From Verrucomicrobiota bacterium (lineage in GTDB: Bacteria > Verrucomicrobiota > Verrucomicrobiia > Opitutales > Seribacteraceae), in NCBI GenBank assembly GCA_027622665.1, contig JAQBYT010000028.1, positions 1 to 54,410 of the forward strand: a stretch of 54,410 nucleotides of DNA. Reading direction: 5' to 3'. Made by a program: the position numbers and the translations under genes. Under the pieces are notes generated by a model, which worked only from the letters and a program-made list of their open reading frames with translations, was not told the origin of the DNA and searched no databases. This document shows, in pieces, positions 8,556 through 18,139 of this stretch (the stretch's first letter is position 1; each line of letters opens with the position of its first letter).

Positions 8556-9313
8556 CCTGGTGGGGAAAGCTCATTGGTACGGGCGTGGGCATGTTCGGCG
8601 GGCCTATCGGGGCTTTGGTGGGAGCCGCCTTCGGCCATGCCTACGACAAGGACAACCCGGAAGTGACGGACGAGAAAAAAGCTCGCGTCCTGTACCTCGC
8701 CTACTTTTTTTCCTGTCTCGCCAAGGTAGCCAAGGCCGACGGGCGCGTGTCCGAGACCGAGATTGCCGTCGCCGAAAGCCTCATGGCCCGCCTTGGCCTC
8801 TCCGACAAGATGCGCGAGTTCTCCATCAACGTTTTCCGCAAGGCCAAGGACGGAAAGGTCCCGATCGACGATTATCTCGCCCAGACCGGAAAGCTAATCG
8901 GCTTCGACCCCACCGTCGCCCAATCCTTTCTCGGAGGTCTTTTCGAGATGGCTCGGGCCGAGGACGGCAAGATGAGCGAATTGCAAGCCCGCATCCTACT
9001 TCGCGGCGAGGAATGCTTTCGTCTGCCTCACGGCACTGTTCAATCTTGGGTCAAAGGGGGTTACGCCCCTCCTTCCGACGAACCCGACGGATCCGCCATA
9101 TCGCTCGATGAGTCCTACCATGCCCTCGATGTCTCCAAGACCGCTACCGATCCGGAAGTGAAAGCCGCCTACCGCAAGAAATGCGCTGGCTTCCATCCCG
9201 ACAAGATCCAGTCCAAGGGGCTCCCGCCCGAGTTTACCACCTTCGCCAACGACCAGCTAGCTCGCATTAACCAAGCACACGATCTAATCCGCAAGGCCCG
9301 TGGGCTTTCCTAG
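8552..9313 (+). CDS. djlA: Co-chaperone DjlA (TM + TerB-like + J domain)
   Basis: WWGKLIG...GGPIGA...GH N-terminus, AKADGRVSE TerB motif, J domain with HPD; ATGA overlap with the sulfatase stop. Confidence 0.88.
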   Translation: MTWWGKLIGTGVGMFGGPIGALVGAAFGHAYDKDNPEVTDEKKARVLYLAYFFSCLAKVAKADGRVSETEIAVAESLMARLGLSDKMREFSINVFRKAKDGKVPIDDYLAQTGKLIGFDPTVAQSFLGGLFEMARAEDGKMSELQARILLRGEECFRLPHGTVQSWVKGGYAPPSDEPDGSAISLDESYHALDVSKTATDPEVKAAYRKKCAGFHPDKIQSKGLPPEFTTFANDQLARINQAHDLIRKARGLS

Positions 9314-9489
9314 TCGAACGAAGTTTTCGAGAGCCGTTTTCGAACTTTCCCGTTTATGCGAAAATGTCATCTGATCAGTCGGAGGCAACACAGTGCATTT
9401 TCTTAGCCTTGGTTATTTAATTGAAGGACTTGCTTTAAGTCTTAATCGGATACTTGACACTAGAATGTTTTTTTGCGTATCGGTTGTAT

Positions 9490-12400
9490 ATGCGTCTGCA
9501 TTCTTTGATCTTTTCCCTATTCTTCTTGTGCTTCGTTAATGTTCGTTTTGTCGAAGCAGAGCATGTGCCGAACGAGATCATCGTACGCTATCATGATGGC
9601 ACGAACCAATCGGAGAAGAATGCAACGGCGGTGAAGTTCAAACTCAACTTCAAGAAAGCCTTCAAGTTAACTAACGCAGTTCTCTATAATGTGGATGCCA
9701 AGGTATCCCTGAACGATCTCCAGGTCGAAATTGAGAAACTCAAATCCGTAAAGTACGTCAGTTTCAATCGAGTGTATAGAAAGCAATCTGTGGATCCCTT
9801 TTTCGCTACACAATGGTATCTGGATAACACCGGGCAATCGATTCGATGGTTTTCAGGCACTTCCGGAATCGACATAGGTTGGCTTGACGCCTTGGATCTA
9901 TACCAAAAGAAAGAAACTAGCTTTGTCGCTGTTTTTGACTCCGGTTTTGCGAAAGATCATTCGGAACTCATTGGACGCAATGCCTACCGTAATGGGGAAA
10001 GTGCGGGGATAGCTGGATTTGACGATGATAATAACGGATATATAGATGATATCAATGGTTGGGATTTCATCGACAACGACAACGACCCTTACGACTTCAA
10101 GGGACACGGCACGCAGGTTGCCGGTATTATTGCCGCGGTCAAAGATGGTAAAGGCATACAAGGCATAACTGATGATACTTTCATCTATCCCTTAAGAGTC
10201 TTGGATCGCGATGGAAGGGGAAATACTGCCGATATCGTCGAGGCGCTTGAATACGTCTACCAAAACCCTGGGGTCAGGATCATCAACATAAGTCTAGGTG
10301 GGGGTTCTTTTGATCCCTTGCTTGCGGAACAATTTAAAATGTTTGAAAAAGACGATAAAGTCTTAATCGTTGCTGCCGCAGGCAACGGTGGTCCTGATGG
10401 AAAGGGAGACAATAATGATTGGTTTCCTTATTATCCATCTACCTACAACTCTTCATCCATAATTTCGGTTGCCTCCATTGACCAGAAAGGAAATTTATCA
10501 AGTTTCTCAAACTATGGCTCTTCCACTGTCGACATTGCAGCTCCTGGTGAAAGTATTAGGGTAGCGACAGTTGAGAGGGAACTGAAGTTTACGCAGCAAG
10601 CAGATGGAAACGGTTGGATGGAGCAGTTTTTCTGGAGTCAATCTTCCAAGAGCTGGAAAAGAACCTATTATGGGATCACGCCTTGGATGGAAAGTCCTCG
10701 ATCTTACACTAACCATTCCACAGTTCAGCCAAGTTTTCTAGATCTCTCTAACATGAAAGATCCCAGATTGAAGCTGTCTTTGGACTTTTCACTTCTGAAC
10801 GGCGGTAAAACCTATTTGTCTGTCACAGCAAATCTGTCCGATTACAAGTATTTGAACACATTTTCTTATAGTAATACAGGAGGAACTGGAGTGTTCGAAT
10901 ATGACATTTCCGAATATGCGGGTGATGATTCAGTGTGGATTAAATTTTCTTTTTACCCGAATTCAACATCGGAACACTTTGATATAGGTCCCATCAAAGT
11001 TTATGATGTGGATACGAACTTCTGGGGTTCCGCTTATTATACATACAATGAAGGTACATCCTTCTCAGCTCCAATTGTCTCAGGAGTTGCGGCTTTAATA
11101 ATGTCTCATAGACCCGACCTGCTGGCTTCAGACATAAAGAAAATCCTGATGGATTCGGTAAAGCCTTTAACCAGTTTGAATGGCAAGGTGAAGTCGGGAG
11201 GCATGGTGAGGGCGGACAAAGCGTTGGAACTGGCCAATACCTACCTAACCAGATCCTCGATGACCTTTAACGCTGCTCCCGAAACGGAAATCACCGACAA
11301 TGGTGAAGTCAAGCAAATCGATCCAGCGGAATGGAATACTTCCGGTGAAAAACAAGTCATGGGCAGAATCACTGGTGCAGGTCATTACTTCGATGGAGAC
11401 AGAATCTCGATTGAGGCTATCCCGGAACAAGGTTTTCTATTCACGGGTTGGACGCAACCCGGCACGGATTGGACGAGTGATTCTGCCACCTACGCGTTTA
11501 CTTCCGGAGCAATAGACTATACCGTCACTGCAAACTTCGGTCCTGATCACAATGACACCGATGGCGACGGTTTAACTCACTACTGGGAAGCTTACTTCGG
11601 TACGGATCCAAATAATCCACATTCGGATAGCGACAGCCTTAACGATTTAGAGGAATGGCAAGTTTACTGGCAAGCGAAGCAATTGGAGCCAACCACTGAC
11701 GATTCGGTCAGGATTGCAAAACTTGAAGAGATTCTTGGTAAAAACTCTCACACATTAGGTCTTGCGGAAGGTAAGTCCTTGGTGACATCCAATCCGAGCA
11801 ACTACCAACTATTCACAGCGAGAGATTTAAACGCTTCCATAAAGCTGGCATCCGATACTGTTCACGCTGCGGCCTTGATCGAAGGAAAAGAAATAGGAAT
11901 TAATACCGTGAAGGCAAAGCCCTCGGATTTTGATTTGTTTACTTCCGAGGATTTAAATACCTCCGTTGAATCTGCAGTAACCGTGGCTCGGGGTTCCGCC
12001 CTCGAGGAGGGGAAATCCTTAGTGACGAAAAATCCCAGTGGCTTTGACTTATACACGACGAGCGATTTGAACGCTTCCATAAAGTTGGCATCCGATACGG
12101 TTCACGCTGCGGCCTTGATCGAAGGAAGGAACTCAGGAATTGAAACCGTGATGACAAAGCCCTCGGATTTTGATTTGTTCACCTTGGAAGATTTAAATGT
12201 CACTGTTGAATCTGCGGTAACCGAGGCTAGGAGTTCCGCTTTGAATGAAGGGAAGTCGTTGGTAAAAGCGAACCCCGGAAACTTTGGTCTATACTCAGCT
12301 TCTGATTTGAACGCCTCTTTACATCAAGCATCCGAAACTGCTCATGCTTCGGCCTTGATCGAAGGAAGGAACTCAGGAATTGAAACCGTGATGGCAACGC

Positions 12401-12876
12401 CCTCGGATTTTGATTTGTTTACCTCTGAAGATTTAAATGTCACTGTTGAATCTGCGGTAACCGAGGCTAGGAGTTTCGCTTTGGATGAAGGGAAGTCGTT
12501 GGTAAAAGCGAACCCCGGAAACTTTGGTCTATACTCAGCTTCTGATTTGAACGCCTCTTTAAATCAAGCATCCGAAACTGCTCATGCTTCGGCTTTGATC
12601 TTGGGAAAAGGCATAGGAATAGAGTTAGTTCTTTCGAACCCTGTATCTTTCGGATTAAAGCAAGTCTTGGGGGAAGTCGGTGCCACGCCGCATACCCTCA
12701 ACTGGTACTACCAACCCGATTGGGGCTGGCTCTGGACGAACAAACAAACCTTCCCTTATGTCTACCGCACCGGATCGGCAGGCAAAACTCCTGGCTGGCT
12801 CTACTTCAAGGAAGGCTCTTCGGATCCAATAGAGTACTACGAATACGGTTCGGAGAAGTGGGTGACGCTCGAGTAA
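9490..12876 (+). CDS. Large secreted S8 (subtilisin-like) serine peptidase, multidomain
   Basis: Signal peptide from ATG 9490, propeptide, catalytic VAVFDSG / HGTQVAG / GTSFSAP, oxyanion AAAGN, DDDNNGYIDDINGWDF loop; then an InlB-B-repeat-like domain, DTDGDGL motif, tandem repeats and an aromatic C-terminal domain. Confidence 0.92.
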   Translation: MRLHSLIFSLFFLCFVNVRFVEAEHVPNEIIVRYHDGTNQSEKNATAVKFKLNFKKAFKLTNAVLYNVDAKVSLNDLQVEIEKLKSVKYVSFNRVYRKQSVDPFFATQWYLDNTGQSIRWFSGTSGIDIGWLDALDLYQKKETSFVAVFDSGFAKDHSELIGRNAYRNGESAGIAGFDDDNNGYIDDINGWDFIDNDNDPYDFKGHGTQVAGIIAAVKDGKGIQGITDDTFIYPLRVLDRDGRGNTADIVEALEYVYQNPGVRIINISLGGGSFDPLLAEQFKMFEKDDKVLIVAAAGNGGPDGKGDNNDWFPYYPSTYNSSSIISVASIDQKGNLSSFSNYGSSTVDIAAPGESIRVATVERELKFTQQADGNGWMEQFFWSQSSKSWKRTYYGITPWMESPRSYTNHSTVQPSFLDLSNMKDPRLKLSLDFSLLNGGKTYLSVTANLSDYKYLNTFSYSNTGGTGVFEYDISEYAGDDSVWIKFSFYPNSTSEHFDIGPIKVYDVDTNFWGSAYYTYNEGTSFSAPIVSGVAALIMSHRPDLLASDIKKILMDSVKPLTSLNGKVKSGGMVRADKALELANTYLTRSSMTFNAAPETEITDNGEVKQIDPAEWNTSGEKQVMGRITGAGHYFDGDRISIEAIPEQGFLFTGWTQPGTDWTSDSATYAFTSGAIDYTVTANFGPDHNDTDGDGLTHYWEAYFGTDPNNPHSDSDSLNDLEEWQVYWQAKQLEPTTDDSVRIAKLEEILGKNSHTLGLAEGKSLVTSNPSNYQLFTARDLNASIKLASDTVHAAALIEGKEIGINTVKAKPSDFDLFTSEDLNTSVESAVTVARGSALEEGKSLVTKNPSGFDLYTTSDLNASIKLASDTVHAAALIEGRNSGIETVMTKPSDFDLFTLEDLNVTVESAVTEARSSALNEGKSLVKANPGNFGLYSASDLNASLHQASETAHASALIEGRNSGIETVMATPSDFDLFTSEDLNVTVESAVTEARSFALDEGKSLVKANPGNFGLYSASDLNASLNQASETAHASALILGKGIGIELVLSNPVSFGLKQVLGEVGATPHTLNWYYQPDWGWLWTNKQTFPYVYRTGSAGKTPGWLYFKEGSSDPIEYYEYGSEKWVTLE
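11761..12657 (+). repeat. In-frame 240-nt (80-aa) tandem repeat, about 3.7 copies
   Basis: Units start at 11761, 12001, 12241, 12481; 12121-12360 vs 12361-12600 differ at 9 of 240 nt by manual count. Confidence 0.95.
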
Positions 12877-12880
12877 GGCA

Positions 12881-13579
12881 TTACTCTTCCACGAATTTGC
12901 CGTCGAGCATGGGAAGGCGGCGATCGCAGCGTTTTGCGAGCTCGGGATTGTGGGTGACTAAGATGACGGCGGGGCCGTCCTCTCGGGCGAATTTGAGAAG
13001 GAGGTCAAATACGCGATCGGAATTGGCGGCGTCGAGGTTGCCAGTGGGTTCGTCGGCCAAGATGAGGTCGGGAGAGTTGGCGAGTGCTCGGGCGATGGCT
13101 ACCCGTTGTTGCTCGCCGCCGGAGAGCTTGTTGACGAAGCGGTCGGCCTTATCGGCGAGGCCAAGATGGTCAAGAAACTTGTCGGCTCGGGCGAGAGCTT
13201 CTACGGCCGGTTTGCCTGCCTTGCGGAGGGGCAAGGCGACGTTTTCTCGTGCGGTGAATTCCTTAATTAGGAAGTGAAACTGAAAGACGAAACCAATGCT
13301 TTCGTTGCGGAGGGCGGTACGGGTGGGATCGTCGGCTTTAGTCATGGGCTTGCCGCGGAGGTATATTTCACCTGAGTCGGGCTGGTCAAGCAAGCCTAGG
13401 AGGTAGAGCATGGTGCTCTTGCCGCAGCCGGAAGGACCGACGATGGCGGTTACCTCCCCTGCCCTTGCCTCAAAGGATACGCCCCGAAGGGCTAACACCC
13501 TACCCTCGCCTTCCCCGAAGGAATGGCTCAGGTTTTCCACGCGAAGAATCGGCGTGTCGCCATGGACTTTATCGTTCAC
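12881..13579 (-). CDS. ABC transporter ATP-binding protein, LolD/MacB-NBD type
   Basis: GPSGCGKS, GFVFQFHFL, LSGGEQQRVAIARAL, ADEPTGNLD, VTH. Confidence 0.9.
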   Translation of the reverse strand: MNDKVHGDTPILRVENLSHSFGEGEGRVLALRGVSFEARAGEVTAIVGPSGCGKSTMLYLLGLLDQPDSGEIYLRGKPMTKADDPTRTALRNESIGFVFQFHFLIKEFTARENVALPLRKAGKPAVEALARADKFLDHLGLADKADRFVNKLSGGEQQRVAIARALANSPDLILADEPTGNLDAANSDRVFDLLLKFAREDGPAVILVTHNPELAKRCDRRLPMLDGKFVEE

Positions 13580-14823
13580 AAGGTTTCGCGGATGATTTTG
13601 GCTGGTTCTATGCGGGCTGCTCGACGGGCTGGTATCCAGCTGGCTATCCCCACGACGACGATGGCGATGGCGACGGCCCAGAGATAATGGGATATGTCCC
13701 AGTTTACCACGAAGCTATCGGTGGAGAATACTCCTCGTATGCGTAGGGGTATGCGTGAGATACCGAAGGTGGCGGCAGCGGCGAGGAGGCAGCCCAGGAC
13801 TATGCCCAAAGCAAGCACGAGAGCTCCTTGCCAGAGGAATATGCGGGAGACGTCTCCTGGAGTGAAACCCATGGAACGCAGGATGGCCACGTCGCGTGTC
13901 TTCTCGATGACCATGATGGCGAAGACGTTGAACATGCCCAGACCGGACAAGAGGATAATGGTGGAAACGGTGATGGCGGAGGAGACTCGGAGGGCTTTGA
14001 ATACGTCGAGCCACACTTTTTCCCGTTCCTGCCAACTGACCACGCGGTGCGCGAAAGTCTCCTGCATCTGGGCGGCCACGGCAGGCGCGTCTTCGGGTTC
14101 GCGAATCCCCACTTGAAAGACTGAGCCTCCGTGCGGATTGCGTAGAAAGGAGCGGGCGGTGGATAGATCGAGGTAGATGCGACTTTTGTCGATTTGACTG
14201 ACGCCTGTTTCGAATATGCCCGCTACGCGAAGGTGGAGCGACTCGTGGGAACCGGCTAGAATGACGCGATCACCGGGTTCCAGCCGAAGGCGTTCGGCGA
14301 TGCGGTTGCCCACAAGGATGCCCAGCCGGTCGTCCCGGAAGTCCTTTATTCCGCCCTGAATGACCTGATCTTCCAAATCCGATACGGCGATATGGTCACT
14401 TGCCCTTATGCCGTGTATGCGAACGGAGTGAGAGCGTGAACCCGTGTCGAGGACGCCGGCTCCCTCGAGAATTTCCGAAACGCCAGTGACTCCAGTGAAC
14501 TCCGCTGTCGCCTTTCGGAGTTCTTCGGGGTACTCGATGCCCTCGACGTAGCGGGCGCCTTCACGAGAGCGGAAAACAAAGCGCACCCGACCATCGTCGG
14601 AGACCTTGGTCACAGTACCGTCTACGTCTTGAAAGCGATCGGATACTCGAATGGCGCCATTCGTACCGAGAATTGTGCGAATGAAGAAGGTCTCGAAACC
14701 GGAAGTCTGGGCTTGAGTAACGATGAAGAAAGCTATTCCGAACACGATACCGAGCAAGCTCATCCCCATAGCCCGTTTTCGGGCCATCACGTATCGCAGG
14801 GCGACTTGAAGCGACAGGATCAC
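13576..14823 (-). CDS. ABC transporter permease, LolC/E-FtsX-MacB type
   Basis: TM1, large periplasmic domain, then three TMs with EKTRDVAILRSMG and PARRAARIEP. Confidence 0.88.
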   Translation of the reverse strand: MILSLQVALRYVMARKRAMGMSLLGIVFGIAFFIVTQAQTSGFETFFIRTILGTNGAIRVSDRFQDVDGTVTKVSDDGRVRFVFRSREGARYVEGIEYPEELRKATAEFTGVTGVSEILEGAGVLDTGSRSHSVRIHGIRASDHIAVSDLEDQVIQGGIKDFRDDRLGILVGNRIAERLRLEPGDRVILAGSHESLHLRVAGIFETGVSQIDKSRIYLDLSTARSFLRNPHGGSVFQVGIREPEDAPAVAAQMQETFAHRVVSWQEREKVWLDVFKALRVSSAITVSTIILLSGLGMFNVFAIMVIEKTRDVAILRSMGFTPGDVSRIFLWQGALVLALGIVLGCLLAAAATFGISRIPLRIRGVFSTDSFVVNWDISHYLWAVAIAIVVVGIASWIPARRAARIEPAKIIRETL

Positions 14824-15941
14824 TTGCCACCGACGGGGACGGGTTTGACTTTCTGGCCGTCGCGAAAGAGGTGTGGGGTTTCCACGATTACCTGTTCACC
14901 TGCCTCCAGTCCATCGAGAATCTCGGCGGTGAGCAGGTTCCGAGCCCCTACCTTGACCTCACGTGCTTCGGCTACCCCGTTTATTACGACAAACACGGCG
15001 GAACCCATGAGTGCCTTGCGAGGTACGACGAGAGCATTTTTTCGTACGGACTTGATTATTTCGGCCCTCCCCGAACTTCCGGGTGTAAAACGTTCGTTTC
15101 CACTCTCGAGTTCGACGTATAACTTTCGACGTCCGGAGGCCGAGTCTACAGTGGGGGACAAGCGGGTGACGTTTCCCTCGAAGATTTGAGCTCCTTGGGA
15201 TAATAGCGTGACCGCGACTTCCTGTCCCTCTCGAACTCCGGCAAAGTCTTCTTCGTTTAAAGTCACCACAATCAGGCGATCGTTGGAGACTACTTGACCG
15301 AGATGGGCACTGGGGGAAATCATGTCGCCGGGTGCAACAAAAGAAAGGGTCATGAGTCCGGGAATGGGGCTTCGGATTTTCGTTTTTTTCAGGTTGGCCA
15401 GTAACCGTGCTTCCTGAATCCGAAAAGTTTTGGATTGTTCATCATTTGTAATCTTTTCTTGGGTCAACTGAGTTTCCAGCCGTTTGACCAGACTTTTCTT
15501 ATTCTCTAGGTCTGACAATGGCAATTTGCCTTGTTCTGCTAAGGCATTCCACGCTTGCATTTCGCGTTTTTCCGTTTCCAGTTGCATGGCGATTGCCGAA
15601 CCTGCTGCGATACGTTTCTCTTGGTGCTCACGGGCGACGTACAGTTGCTTCAATGATCGCTCGTCCTCGGTGGCGTCGAGGGTGAGCAAGGTTGAATTCT
15701 CTTCCACGGCAATGGGTTTCCCGTTGGGCAGCATGATTGTGTTGGTCACGATTCCCGAAACACTTGAACGCAGATCGTGGGTTCGTTCCGCAAGTACAAG
15801 CACATTTCCCGGAACGCCATCACGAACCGTTCCTATCACGACGGGCTTCACGATTACCTCGGGGATCGCACTTACGATCAACCACCAACAAAGAATAGAT
15901 AATGCCCCCAAGGGCAGAGCAACCTTAATCAATAGCTTCAT
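14820..15941 (-). CDS. Efflux periplasmic adaptor (MFP, MacA/HlyD-like)
   Basis: N-terminal TM, lipoyl halves flanking a coiled hairpin (IRSPIPG), ALVVPRKAL, GLEAGEQVI. ATG 15941 preferred. Confidence 0.85.
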   Translation of the reverse strand: MKLLIKVALPLGALSILCWWLIVSAIPEVIVKPVVIGTVRDGVPGNVLVLAERTHDLRSSVSGIVTNTIMLPNGKPIAVEENSTLLTLDATEDERSLKQLYVAREHQEKRIAAGSAIAMQLETEKREMQAWNALAEQGKLPLSDLENKKSLVKRLETQLTQEKITNDEQSKTFRIQEARLLANLKKTKIRSPIPGLMTLSFVAPGDMISPSAHLGQVVSNDRLIVVTLNEEDFAGVREGQEVAVTLLSQGAQIFEGNVTRLSPTVDSASGRRKLYVELESGNERFTPGSSGRAEIIKSVRKNALVVPRKALMGSAVFVVINGVAEAREVKVGARNLLTAEILDGLEAGEQVIVETPHLFRDGQKVKPVPVGGK

Positions 15942-16017
15942 GGAGTATGAACAGGGAACCAGTCCCGGAAAAAAGACCATTTAAGCCGCGATTCTTCAAT
16001 TTGTCAAAGACAGGTTA

Positions 16018-17358
16018 CTAATGAGTTTCTTCAATGTGCAGGTTGTACTGCGCTCGTACGTTTAGGTAGTCGACCACGGTTCGAATAAGTGAAAGGCGGC
16101 TTTGATCAAGAGAAAGTCGAGATGAGAAAAATGCATCCGGGGTGATCCTGTTTCGATCAAACTCAATGCGACTCTTTTCAAAGCGGTCCTCGGACGCACC
16201 TAACAGTTGGCGACTGGAATCGATTGTCTGGGCACGCGTTACCAGGTATTCGCGCAAACTCCGGGCTTCCAATTGGAGGTGCCTAGTTTCCCTTTCCAGT
16301 TGAATTTCGTATCGTCTCTTACGAGCCATCGCTGCTCGCTTTTCACCTCGACTTTGCGATGCATCGAAAAGGGCCCAGTTTGCTTCAAGACCGATAGTGA
16401 AATTGTTGCGATCCACTGAAGATCGACTATCAGCAAGGTCGATCTTGTCCTGATGAAAACCTCCAATCAAGTTCAGTTTTGGTCGCAAGGCGGACTTGGC
16501 TATGATAATTCGTTGGTTTTCGGCCTCTATGGCACTATCGATGTTTTTAAGTGCAGTCGAAGTTGTGTTGCTAGCGAGAATGGGAAGATTGAGGCCAAAT
16601 CGATGTGTTTGGGCAAAGTCGCGAAAATCGTCCGAAATAGTAAGGTCGAGGCCACCCACACTTCCCGAATCCTCCATGAAGATTCGGGTGTTTCGGGCAA
16701 GTTTTCGTTTCATTTCCGCAAAGTTTATTCTTTGTTGGAGCACAATAATTTTTGCCTCCGAAACAGATAATTCAGTAACGAGACCAAGGCGCATACGTTC
16801 TTTCATTCCATCGAGATTGGATTCAGCCAGTTCCATGCTTCTACGGGTCAACTCGATTTCGTAGGTGGATAGAACGAGTCCGAGGTAATCTACACGGATA
16901 CGATCTAGGAAGTTTCTTCTGAAATCTGAAAAAGAAGCAGAACTTGATGATTCGGACAATTCCGCCACTCTACTTCCCGCCTGCAAGGCTCCCCAGTGGT
17001 AGAGTGGTTTGCGAACGTATGCAGATGCCAAATAGCGATATTGCTGGTAGTAGTTGGCATTTGGACGATCCTCGTAAAGTGAATGACCATTTAAGCCAAC
17101 GGAGAGGCGGAATCCTCGCTTGGAGTCGGCTACCATACGATTGGCGGTAGCCTCGTTTACCTTTTCACGTTCCTGAAGCAGAATAGGGGCATTCGCTTCA
17201 ACGCTATTCAGGACGGCACTTAGAGAAGGAAAAAATGATTCAGCTGTTTCAGTATAAGATGTATGTGTGCCGTTTTTATCTTCTGCCTGTCCATGGGAGT
17301 CTAGAGACGATGACATCGAAACAACCGACCACGACAGGATGTAAAGGAAGCGGAACAT
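16018..17358 (-). CDS. TolC-family outer membrane efflux protein
   Basis: Signal peptide, two OEP-like halves (KPLYHWG; RPKLNL...WALFD), long amphipathic helices; directly upstream of the MFP gene. Confidence 0.8.
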   Translation of the reverse strand: MFRFLYILSWSVVSMSSSLDSHGQAEDKNGTHTSYTETAESFFPSLSAVLNSVEANAPILLQEREKVNEATANRMVADSKRGFRLSVGLNGHSLYEDRPNANYYQQYRYLASAYVRKPLYHWGALQAGSRVAELSESSSSASFSDFRRNFLDRIRVDYLGLVLSTYEIELTRRSMELAESNLDGMKERMRLGLVTELSVSEAKIIVLQQRINFAEMKRKLARNTRIFMEDSGSVGGLDLTISDDFRDFAQTHRFGLNLPILASNTTSTALKNIDSAIEAENQRIIIAKSALRPKLNLIGGFHQDKIDLADSRSSVDRNNFTIGLEANWALFDASQSRGEKRAAMARKRRYEIQLERETRHLQLEARSLREYLVTRAQTIDSSRQLLGASEDRFEKSRIEFDRNRITPDAFFSSRLSLDQSRLSLIRTVVDYLNVRAQYNLHIEETH

Positions 17359-17461
17359 TTCTAAAAAGTGTGAAGATTAAACCTCAAACACTCAACGATT
17401 AACGAACAGGCGATACTCTGCCTACCCCTCGCCTGACTAGGCACTGGCAAGAGTTAGTTGT

Positions 17462-18139
17462 TCAGTCGCCTTTAAAGGCGTCTTTGTACATGTCCTTCAA
17501 TTGGGCACCCGTCCACTGGTCTTTTTGCGCGGAGGCTTCATCTCGGAAGGTAGCGACCTGTTTCTCTGTGACCTCCGAAGCGTCGTGCCCCCAAGCCTTG
17601 CGGGCATAAGAGACTACGCTGGCGATCTCTCGATCATTCAAAGGTTGTGGCGGCATGTTAACCGTTGCCACAGTGCCATACTTTTTACCAAGGACTTCGA
17701 TTTCGCCTTTCAATCCCCTCAATACGATTTTTGTAATGATTCCGGGATCAGTCGTGGCCCACTTAGAACCGACGAGGGGGGGGAACAAGTCTTTGCCCAT
17801 TCCATCGGGGTTGTGGCATGAGGCGCATCGACTGTTAAATAATTTTTTGCCTCCGGCCAACTTACGCTTCATTCGTTTGGCTTCCTGTTCTTCGGGAGTC
17901 AATGAAATCTCCGGGGCGGGCGGATGAACCCGAAAGTGATTAGTGCTGTGAGCTAGTTGGATTGCGCAGAAAAAAACGAGACATCCGAAGAGAAAAACGA
18001 AAACAAGAGGTGCCTGCAGAAAGTGCTTTGTCGGAGGGTGTTTTTCTCGGCCGAGCTCGGCATGGACATTGACGAGTTCCTTATCACTCATCTCCGAGTT
18101 AGAGTCTTTTTTTACAACCTTTTTCTTCGGAGTGCTCAT
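17462..18139 (-). CDS. Membrane-anchored monoheme cytochrome c
   Basis: One TM, CASCH, FPPLVGS, distal NMPP; ATG 18139 overlaps the upstream stop (ATGA). Confidence 0.88.
   Translation of the reverse strand: MSTPKKKVVKKDSNSEMSDKELVNVHAELGREKHPPTKHFLQAPLVFVFLFGCLVFFCAIQLAHSTNHFRVHPPAPEISLTPEEQEAKRMKRKLAGGKKLFNSRCASCHNPDGMGKDLFPPLVGSKWATTDPGIITKIVLRGLKGEIEVLGKKYGTVATVNMPPQPLNDREIASVVSYARKAWGHDASEVTEKQVATFRDEASAQKDQWTGAQLKDMYKDAFKGD

Noticed and set aside
11761..12657. CRISPR array or DGR template/variable repeat pair
   Set aside because: Contiguous in-frame coding repeats without spacers; differences are not adenine-specific; no cas or reverse transcriptase gene in the window.
12881..14823. 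Calling these genes lolD and lolC/E
   Set aside because: Operon context with MFP and TolC favours a tripartite exporter; symbols withheld.
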